Of a stretch of 64,000 nucleotides of DNA, positions 36,601 through 46,860 are shown in pieces. Location: positions 2,181,345-2,245,344 of the forward strand of contig MU004237.1 of assembly GCA_010405405.1 (NCBI GenBank), in the 5' to 3' direction. The position numbers were made by a program, and so were the translations under genes. The notes below the pieces were generated by a model that did not search any database, was not told the origin of the DNA, and was given only the letters and a program-made list of their open reading frames with translations. The first letter of the stretch is position 1. Every line of letters begins with the position of its first letter. Source of the DNA: Microthyrium microscopicum (Eukaryota).

Positions 36601-39600
36601 CGCCCCTAGAGCTTTCAAGACCCTCTATTAGTATTGAATGGTCCAGATGATCTCGCATTTCGGATCCAAAGTGGCCATTGTGGCGCAAGGGCGGATTTGA
36701 CGTTTTGACTCCGCCTTTCTTTGTTGGGAACTAGGAGAAGGGTGTTACACAAGCCTAAGTGTAACAAGGATACCAGTTGGCGGCCAGACGGGTTTTGCGT
36801 TTCAAAACTTGCACCGGTGAGGCGAAAAGTTGGCTATCAGGCTGTAGGAACGAGCGGCATGCCCATGTGCGAGGCTTGCTGCGAAGTGAACAAAGGATTG
36901 GTTGATGCTTTGGTGGTACATGCCGATTTAGATCTAGGTTCTGGCATGTAAGGGGAATTGGAGCCCGGCCACTGCCTGGACCTGAATGGCCTAGAAGGAA
37001 TAGTATCCGTAGGAATAGGTAACTATTGCCAGATATCAGTTATGCATCGAGGTCAAACGTAGGAGCGCATGCGCGGATATTTCTCAAAATAGATTGTATG
37101 ACAGCTTGTTCGTAATGCTGGTATGTAACATGCGCAAATTAATACACGTTTGAAAGCTAAAATCGTTTGCCTGATCACTTTGCTCTTGAAAGCCGAAAAG
37201 CGATGATACTTACTTCGTACGCCATAATTTATAAACTGCTCATGGGCAAAGTCTGGGGAAGCCATACGCGAATAACGCGTGTCATCGATGCAGGCTGAAA
37301 TAGAGAAACCTATCCACTCACAACTCTATCCTTACGCCGCACAGTATTAGACCCTCAGCGGCGTTTTTATACGGATAGACGCGCTGCTAATGGTGAACAC
37401 TACCTTACTTGCTCAATTTCCTGAGCCGTTTCTGCGGCCGCTTGCCGCCCCGTCACAGACTACTTTGTGCTCGCAGGCTCGCAGCATCGGACAAGGCTGG
37501 CGGGGAACATGAAGGATCTGGGCTATGAATGGTCGCTGTTTCTCGGGAAGGATTTGATTGAAGTAGTTCGTAAGGAGCTGTTCCAGCCACCAGCGTTGCT
37601 CGCTGAAAATGGTACGATGGTTTGTTCCAGAGCTCGAGCCAACGGATTGCGAAGGAGCATTTGGGCCAGGCCGTCAGGGGTTTGCAAAGTGAACGAGGCG
37701 TCCAAGGTTTGCGAGAAATGCTCTAGGCGAACATCTGATGTCTTGTGGTTGTTGGAAGCGAGGTTTTCTAAAAGTTTAGGAGGAGCAGCAAGCGCTTCGC
37801 ACAGACGGCACGGTGCGGTTAGTGGATGAACTTAGTTGGGGTAAATTGGGACCTTTCAATAAATAATGGATATCGTGTTCGCGATAGGCGTTGGATTGGC
37901 GTTTTGTGCCACCAACTGTTGCTTGCGCGCAATTGAGGAGAGGCTCGCGCGGGCCTGTCTTACTCTTGTTTTTTCGCCTGTGACAAACGTCACTAAAAAG
38001 TGTGGGGAAATATACATCGTCGCAGTGCCATAACCAGTTTTGTGAACTGTATGCAAGGCTGCGCAGGTTAGGCAGTGATTTTACTGGCAGAACCGAATTT
38101 TCAATGTCAGACTCAGCAGGTAGTAATATGCAGACATGCAGATGCTGCATGACGAGATTTATGCTGAAGACATGCATTGAAATGTCAGGCCAAGCAAAAG
38201 TCAAGTCAGGAGGGCCTCGCGGGAATGCAAGAGGCCGAGTTTGGATTTCTTAGGAATCATCCTTACGGTGCGGCCGATGCCGTGTTGGCTGACGGTAATC
38301 CGAGTGGGTACGGATACCTACCGCATCTGTACTTTTCGGCGTCAATGGGCCGGATGATTGCATTCGCCATTTCCGGTGCATGGATTATTCATGGAGAGAT
38401 GGGTCATTTGTGTTTGAGGAAATGAGGCTGGAAATGGATAGAGGTGAGACAGGATGGAGAGAAGTTGTACAAATGTATGGATCATCGGATATATGAGACA
38501 GGAACGTGGTTTACACGTATTGAGAGGGATGCACCTTCCTAAGCTGATGTACTATTAGTTCACCAGAGACGAATATAGAATATATCAAAATGCCCTTTCC
38601 ATTGTAATTGACTAATTGTAGTAAGACGAGTAGTAAGGTCGCTGACGATCTGACGCTGTAAGATACCGGAACGATTCGGATGGTTAAAAGTACAGCAAGT
38701 AGGATGCAGATGATTAGCGAATGAGTATTAACAGAATAGCTAGCATACAATATTCTTGATCCTTTGAAATGCAGGCACGGATTCAGACCCAAAAGGGAAG
38801 GCACGATATGTCTATTATACAGGAGTATCTTAACCCAATGGTCAGAGTAATAAGTTATTCCATATCATCCAATTTCTGAGTAACATTACCAGTCCTTGAA
38901 AACTGGCCACCTGATGTCCCTATTTCTTACACATCTTGACCTCTATTGTCTACGATACCCCGCTGCCCTCAATTATTCGCAATGAAAATTCAATTTTAAA
39001 ACCATAGTCCCATCGTCGCATTTGATTTCAGGCTTTGCAGCAAGCCGAGGCCGTTTGGTGTTACGCGAGGAACTAACTGCTATTCGGACTAGTTCGCAAT
39101 TCAGCCAGCCCGTGAGTTTTCATTGGATTTTGCATATTTCACACTTGCTCTTTGACATGCATGATCAAAAGCCTCTGTAATAGCCTAATAGGCTGACACA
39201 GAATTGAGATCAAGGACGAAGCAGTTCGCCGGCTCGCCTAACCGGTTTGTCAACCTTTTCTTTGGCGATTGTCTTTACTCTTTTCTCTCAAATACGCCAT
39301 TCAATGTTCAAACGGTTTATGCAATACTACCAACAATCAAACAACAACACCAGACCTGGAGTTGGGGGAGACATAGAGAGAGAGGCAAGGAACAGCGGTC
39401 CTTCAGCGGCGCTTCTACCTGTTATGTTTCTCCACAGTAGGGTAGTCTCCCCGCAGAAAGACAATCATCCGTTCATGTTCAAAGCAAGGTCCCTCGTCGG
39501 CCTACGCAATGCAAGCCAAACCCTTGCCTGTCCACTGTTGCAGGACTCAAGGGGGTAGATGTAGCGGGGGGCTCTGCTTTTCTTTGCCGCGAATTGCGCG

Positions 39601-42388
39601 AAACCCACACTTTGGTTTTTCGGTACGGTACGGCACGCGTAAGTGCCACCCTGATTGGTCCATGGCCTAGGCCTCTGCTAAAGCGAACTTGTGCGGATGG
39701 GACCGGGAACTGGCAATTGTGTTTGAATGCTGGATGCTGGTTCCTTGGTTGATAAATTAGATGTAGGGGGGGCTTTGGTGTTTACCATCAGGATGTATCT
39801 AAAGACTGTAGGTACTGTATCAACAGATAGTATTTGTAGACAGGTTTCTACGATTATTTTGTAGGTTGGAGGGTAGTGGAAAGTGTACTTGTCATCATCG
39901 CTCGGATAGATGGCGACGGCTATCCGTGTTGATCTTGGACTACATTCCACCTTGTTGGGCGCCACTACTCTCTTTTCGGTAGAATGGGCGCTGAGAAATG
40001 AGGACTAAATGTCACTGTTCAGCGGAGAGTGCGGAGTAGACGGAGTGTCCGTAAGTTGCGCGGTCATTCCTTTGACTGATTTACGAGCTGAAGGGCCTGG
40101 ATTCTAGAGTCTTGAATAACCGGAGGCAAATCCTTTAACTTAGACGATGGATTTCGGCATTAGCGATGAGTCTTGTCAACTACTCAGCACAGCTATGTTC
40201 TTTGCAGACGGAGCGATAGAGGCTCGGTGGATAAAGACCCAACAGCCTGATGGATGATGGATTTAGGGTGGCGTGTCTATTCGTATCATCTGTATTCTTG
40301 ATCTGAAGCTGAACGTTTCTGGTATGGCTTGCATCAAGTTCTCCATCAAAAAGAATAAAAAGCAAGTTGTAAGCCGCTGTCATCGTTCATGTCCGAGCAT
40401 TTCATAGGCTGCCGCGGCTGTTAACCCTGCCGTAGTCGCTTTAGTCGTTTTAGTGCTCTCCAAGATTGAGAGGAGGAAGGATATGTGGCGTCTTTGGTTG
40501 ATGTTGTTAGGCTTCGCAATTTCAGTCTGTTCTTTTGGTACGATATTCGATACTTGGTAGACGTTGTATGGCCCCAGTTCACGTCGTTACTCAACCCTTT
40601 CTAAATCCTTTCCTTTCCTTTACCACAACTGCTACCCATCACCCTTTCCACTCTCTCCATCCCAGACTTCATAGGCTAAACTACTGTCCATCTTCATCTG
40701 CACGCCGGCTACCATCTGCAACTAATACTCCCCAGCTCTACCCAAAGCCTGAAGCCTGAAGCCTGCTGCATCTCTAGAGTAGACTCTGTCAACGAAACAT
40801 CCACAGTCACTCAACCACTCGCGACAACATCAATCCATCATCAATCCTATCATCAGTCACGGCATCTCCATCTGGGTCTTTACCTATTCCAGGTTCTTGA
40901 GGATCCCAACGCGCTTCTCCAGACTACGCCCACCACTCGTGACTTGACTGACGCCTTTTACTCCTGGTCAAGATCACTTAGTCAGTCTCCCTCTATTGCC
41001 CTTTTACTCCCTAGTAAGTAATCTTTCTATCGTATTTCCTTTTTTGCCTCTTCCCGCCGTGGCCGCCGCGCTATTGCAAAGCTCGCCATAACCGGTATCA
41101 TTATTACCAAAACTCAACACAGACATGGAGCAAGAACCTTTTGTCGCAACTTGACTTGCAAGACTCGCCTCCAGGAACAAGCTACGCGCGCTCATGCAGT
41201 TCAAGATTGCTCCACAAAATACTTACTCTGCATCTTTGCATTGCTGCATCTGTGCTTCTTGAATGTCGCTGCTTGAAGTTCGCACTTGTAACTTGTTGGC
41301 TTGCTCTCCCGCGCGCGCTGCCCGTTGATTCCAAGCCTGTCTGGTCTGGTCTGTCTTGGATCTCTGTACGGATTATCGCGACTCGCGACTCGCGACTCCG
41401 TCTACAACCCTCCCCATTGCTCAACTACTGTCCTGCGTCTGGGGATTGCAAAACCCCTCCTTCAAATCGCCATCATCATCATCCTTCCCCAGTCTGCTTT
41501 GCCCAGTCTCTGTTCCGCCCAGACGCCAGTCTAGCATCATCTTCTCCAATTACTTACACATATCATAATACCCTTTTGATTGCTTTCTTCATTACTATTG
41601 CCCTTTCTCATTACCCTCGACAATATCCTTCGCCCTATTCGCTCTGTCCTCAACCCCCCTTCCACTAATCGTCCCTTGACGGCCTGTCTACTGACCGGAT
41701 GCTTCCCTGCATCTAGTCTTGTCTCGTCTGGTCCTGGGTCCAATCTCTGTCCTCGACTGCCCCCGTCACTTCCGCCCCGATTCTGCCACTCTACGCTTGC
41801 TCAACCAACCGCATTTCTTCCTCTTCCCCATCTCTCCACTCACCAGCCTCAGGCTTCAGCTCCTTCAATCCACTAACCTGGCTCAAAGGCGCGCCTGTCC
41901 TTATCCCCCGACTGCATCTCACTCTCCAATCCTCAAGCAACCTCTCATCTTCCAACAAGCCGACCTGCACCAGATCCCGCTGCTTTTGCTGCGAACCTTC
42001 CGTCGTGGCCCCAAGCATCCCTTCAACCTCTGCCACCTCTAACCATCTCGTTGGCTCCCTCTCTGCATGTCCTGATTACCCCGATAGTCTCCCTATCAGG
42101 TCTTTTTATCCAAAAGTCCTGCGCCTTTCATCCAACTACCATTGCTGGTCCATTCCCTGGTAATCTCGCGTCAGGATCCTGCAGCCTACTCTTGCGCCTA
42201 TTACTCGGGCCCTCAATCACATCCTCCACCAGCTCCATCTCATCTCTTGCGACCTATCCAATCGCATGAAGCTAACTTCGCCTTTCTATTCGCAAGTTCG
42301 ACAACAAATAATCGATCTTGTCAACTAAAACTTCACTTTTCCTCCTAGGTGATTCTTAGTTTGGCTATCCTTTATCTATCGTCTTGAC

Positions 42389-44490
42389 ATGCTCATGTCG
42401 CACCCCGCGCCTCTCAATGGGGGCTTGGGTGGACCTGGCTCAACAGATGCATCCGGTACCATCAATCCCGCAGCTTTGAACAATCCAGGTAAGATTTCCA
42501 TCAGCTGTTGTTGTATGAAGCTTGAGCAGGCTTGTTATCATAGGCTCGCTTTACCGGCCTGCACCATCGTTGGAACACGGCTAACGCGCATCACCATTCA
42601 GGTCAACTAGGATCCAGTAATGCTCTATCACAGCAAAGTCCAAGAGGTATAAAACGTAGCAGGAGTAGAACTCCTGATAATTACGATCATCTTGGAGTAC
42701 AGTATGATGAAGGTATGTAGTGCGCCGGCGCTAATTTGGCCACCTGATGTCTTGTAAGTTGAAGCTGACAGATTTTAGATGACAAGCCTCGAAAGAGAGG
42801 TAGACCACCAAAGGCTGTCAAGCTATCTGGTAGTCCAGTAACACAGCCATTGCAGACTGCGACTCCTCAAAGTGCTCCTCCTGTTCAAACTCCACAATCT
42901 TCCCACCAAATACAGACCCAGGCTTCGCCTTCACTAGCATCTCCTTCTAAAACTCCAACAAAAACCCCAGTATTAAAGGCGCTTCCAACCGTTCGCGATC
43001 ACACGTCCAACGAGCTCAATGAGCAAGGAGATGAGTATCTGCCTCGAGAGATTGACGAAGCAGGTGAAAAGAAAGTCGCCCCAAATGGAGCTCCCCTTGA
43101 AGGCCGTCAGTACAAATGTCGAACATTCTACATGCCGGATCGTGGAGACAAACTGTTTATGCTTGCCACGGAATGCGCCAAGGTTCTCAACTACCGTGAT
43201 AGCTATTTACTGTTTAATAAGAACAGATCGTTGTACAAGATCATCGCAAATCAACCGGAAAAGAACGAGCTGATTCACCAGGACATTTTACCATCCTCGT
43301 ATCGTTCAAGACAAATAGCAATCGTGACAGCACGATCCATGTATCGACAATTCGGCAGCAGATTAATTGTCAACGGACGAAGAGTGCGTGATGACTATTG
43401 GGAAAGCAAAGCTCGGAAGCAAGGATTCACCGAAGATGATCCAGCGGGAGAAAAGAGACCAGGAGCAGCTAAAGCTCGGGAAGCTGCAGCTGCAGCGCAA
43501 GCAGAGAGCAACGCCGCAGCTCTTGCAGCTCTTCCTCAAGGACCTGTCATCTACAGCACCTCAAGTGGAAGTCAAATCGCTCACGGACAACTACCAATGA
43601 TTCAACCTATCCCAGAACACGAGCTGGGCGATTACAGCTCCGTGCCTCGTCCCAGACACGACATCACCGGTCCCGCATATGTGGACAGGACTCAACCAAG
43701 CAGCGCAACTGAAATCATGACCCAAGCAACTCAAGCTGCCGAATACAATAAACAACTCGCCACTCAACGAAGGGACCGTGCCAACTACCTGAACAATATC
43801 TGGCGCACACCGCATCCGCCAGCATCACAAGCCCAGCCCGGCGAAGATGAAACCTCCAACGCTCAGCGTTCCCCACAACAGTCCGTCGCTGGCCCATCAT
43901 CATCCGCCAACCAAGCAATGGGCTCGCTCAACCCGCAATCCCGCCACCCCATGATGGCCGCTCCCCCGTCTGCGTACTCGCAACAGCCCGTCCACCACAG
44001 CATGCTCGCCCAAAGCCCGAACCGCCCCGCCCAACAACAACTCCCAGGACAACATCGATCACCCACCATGCCCATGGGCCTCACTAACTATGCTCAACCA
44101 CAACAGTACTATCCCCAGCCTATGTGGACTTCTTCGCAAACGCAGCCTTCCCAACTCGTCCAAGCGCCTATGCAGTACGGCGGTCCAACAATACAATCCC
44201 CTCCACCACACATGCAGCCTAGCGCGGTTCATCCTGGCATGTCCGTAGGTGGTATGGGTGGAAATATGCCTGGCATGGCTGGTGGAATGGGTTATAATGC
44301 TGTTCCGGGTGGAATGAACCCACCAGGATACGCTGGAGTTCCGCGCCAAATGTACCAACCGCAGCAACAACAGCAGGGCCAAAACTCACCACACTACATG
44401 CAGCAACAGCAGACGAATCAGGGCTGGCCGCAAGGACAGGCGCATCCGGGTCCGCAACAGCAACACTGGAACAGCAACTATCATCAATAG
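42389..44490 (+). CDS. NPL6: RSC/SWI-SNF chromatin remodelling subunit Rsc7/Npl6/Swp82 with AT-hook and Gln/Pro/Met/Gly-rich tail
   Basis: Exons 42389-42488, 42602-42712, 42779-44490. AT-hook KRGRPPK; core LFMLATECAKVLNYRDSYLLFNKNRSL..SYRSRQIAIVTARSMYRQFGSRLIVNGRRVRDDYWE. Confidence 0.93.
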
Positions 44491-44796
44491 AATTGGGATC
44501 CTGCGATGCAAAATGCAATGGGTGAAAGTAGAGTCGAGAATATTCATGACACGATGGGCGACAACAGAGTTTATCGGGGAATGCAGCTGCAGCAATACAG
44601 GTGCGAATATACTCCTTGTTCCTACTCAGCCACGAGAAGGCCGGACGTGAAGACTCACATGAACTATCCACATGGCCGGGATTACGTCAAATATCCCCGG
44701 TTTGGTCGTGCGGCCCACGGTGACTTTTCCCAACTCGACAAGCGCGATGAGGACCTTGATCCGCGATGGGTCGTAAGAAATGCGAAAGCAGGTTGA
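44491..44796 (+). CDS. In-frame post-stop extension (or downstream ORF from ATG 44506) of RSC7/NPL6 encoding a C2H2 zinc finger
   Basis: Same frame as RSC7 (44506-42850 = 1656, divisible by 3), with no stop between TAG 44488-44490 and TGA 44794-44796. YRCEYTPCSYSATRRPDVKTHMNYPH at 44596-44673 has C-x4-C-x12-H-x4-H spacing. Confidence 0.65.
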   Translation, partial: NWDPAMQNAMGESRVENIHDTMGDNRVYRGMQLQQYRCEYTPCSYSATRRPDVKTHMNYPHGRDYVKYPRFGRAAHGDFSQLDKRDEDLDPRWVVRNAKAG

Positions 44797-45558
44797 AACT
44801 GCGATGGACCACAAGAACTGCGATTATTATTCCAACAAACATACACACACATTGTTCTGTACTCTTAACTACACTCACATTCCGGGTGCATGGCATTACT
44901 TTCGGTACTTCTTTGGTAACCTGGAACTGTTTTTCTGTTCGGCTCTATTCTCTTCTTGTTTATCCATTCAATTTGCTCATTTGAGTTCATTAGTATTCTG
45001 CATTGCTGGTTAGGCCGCTTTTTCTTTCTTGCTTGTTCTGTCACCTGTACGTCCTGTATTAGCATGGACGTCTGGAGGTGTGTAGATGATGATCAGCATA
45101 CGATGGCAGCATTACTATTATACGTTGGAGGCAACGTTGAGCGATTTTCGCATGGCATGTGGAGGCTCATATTGTTATTACTCACTCAACTTGATGTTTT
45201 TCCTTTTCGGTTTTTGTGCTAGGTTTTCTTCATGGAGGTCTCTTGCTGTATTTCGGATTAGTGTTGGTTTGGGCTGGTTGGATTGAAATTTTTGGTGCTT
45301 TTGGTGCTTGATACCAGTTGCTGCAGTTGGCTTATTTACGCATATGGACTCGGGGTCTTTGGTATCATTGAGACTATTTCACTTTCATCTGTTTCTTGAT
45401 GACTTCTAGTAATGGTATCGCACCTGGTGGCTCCTATCGCATCACGCAGCTGCCATTGCGCTTATTGAGATTCTGAAGTTATTCTAAATTCCGTTCCGTC
45501 TCTGCATTCTTGGATCTGGCGAAATCACTATGGCACACTTTAAGGTTCCCAGACAGCC

Positions 45559-45770
45559 GATGGGTACGATGGCTACAATGGCTACGATAACATTTGATGG
45601 CTACGATAAGACCTGATGGCTGCCATCACCCTCGATAAGTCAGATCATACTCGATGACTACTATATCACTCGATGGCACAGATTACATTCGATGGCCTGC
45701 ATCACACTCGATGGCCTGCATCACACTCGATGGCTCCCATAGCATTCGATGGCTCCCATAGCATCCGATA
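45559..45770. repeat. Degenerate minisatellite of about 19 nt (core CGATGGC..CAT), roughly 10 copies
   Basis: CGATGGCCTGCATCACACT occurs twice and CGATGGCTCCCATAGCAT twice, with older GATGGCTACGATAA-type copies upstream. Confidence 0.8.
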
Positions 45771-46860
45771 ACTCTATGAAGATTTTACGAGGTGATACTA
45801 CGACCGGAAGAAATATTCTGAGCGCGCTTTGATCTTTACTCCCCTCAACCTCACCATCCCCAACTCCTCCACCAACATCATCCATGCCCCATACAAGCCT
45901 GCGCCACACACCAAAATACATCAAAACACCTCCCCCACCCAGCTCAAGCCCCGCAGACCTCGGGTACACCATAGCGCGAAGACTAGGCAGACATCCCACA
46001 ATCAATTGACATCGGAGATTCAGCACGTTTGAGATATACAGCGCCTGGAGGCTGCTGACATGTCAAGATTTGTCGAGCGGTGAGGGCGGCAAGGCGGCGA
46101 GGCGGCGCAAAGAATATGGATGGTGAAACCTGGGGAAATTTGAACGGGGACGTCGGATGATGGGAGGGTTGAGCTCGGTTGGGGTAATGTTGTTATTGGG
46201 CTGTGGGTGGGTGCTATTAGAGGGGAGGGCTATATATGATGATCGGAGGGAGAGTCCGAGGGGTGGAGGATGGGGTTGGGAGGTGGAGTGGTATTGATAG
46301 GTTTGAGTAAGCGCTGGATATGATGCTAATGAGGTTGTAGAGTAATGATACGGTAAAATGGATGTAAGGTGGAAGGAGAATGTATTGTCGATATGAGATT
46401 TAATCTAGCCAATCAATGAGCTCCATCTTCAGCCTTATACCACGGCAGTTGGAATGCACTCGACCGGAGGTGGAGAAATGATGGAAGTTTACTAAGAAGA
46501 CATTATAGTAGACAAGAATCTGATAATAGGTAAACCGCTTTCGTTGCTGAGCGCGGGTAGCATCCAAACAGGAACAGAATACGATAACACACCGATACGG
46601 AGTACTGACTATAATGAACAAAAACGCCCTTTCGCTATGCATAACCACTGCCTCCTCTTTGAAAAGTATACAACTCAAGTAAAGTCACACTCTGCAATAG
46701 AGTCCCCACGAGCCTTTTCCGCAGCATCGTCTTCGAATTGGGCACCAATATCAGCAAAATCAATCTCATCACTATCCTCACTGCCCACCTCCAAAACCGT
46801 CGCCATCTCCCCACTCAAAGTCCTCGCTGTTGACGTCCTCGTTGGTCTTCTTCTCGATTC

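Noticed and set aside
33700..42300. Telomerase RNA, SRP RNA, RNase P/MRP or snRNA in the gene-poor gap
   Set aside because: No AACCCTAA template was found on either strand, and no SRP helix-8 or RNase P/MRP P4 motifs. GCCTTTTAC near 40953 lacks the U5 stem and Sm context.
41141..42348. Multiple ORFs in the RSC7 leader
   Set aside because: Mostly non-ATG starts with Leu/Pro/Ser-rich products of pyrimidine-rich sequence; better explained as a UTR intron.
45559..45770. CRISPR-like array
   Set aside because: The context is eukaryotic, the units are contiguous and degenerate with no unique spacers, and there are no cas genes.
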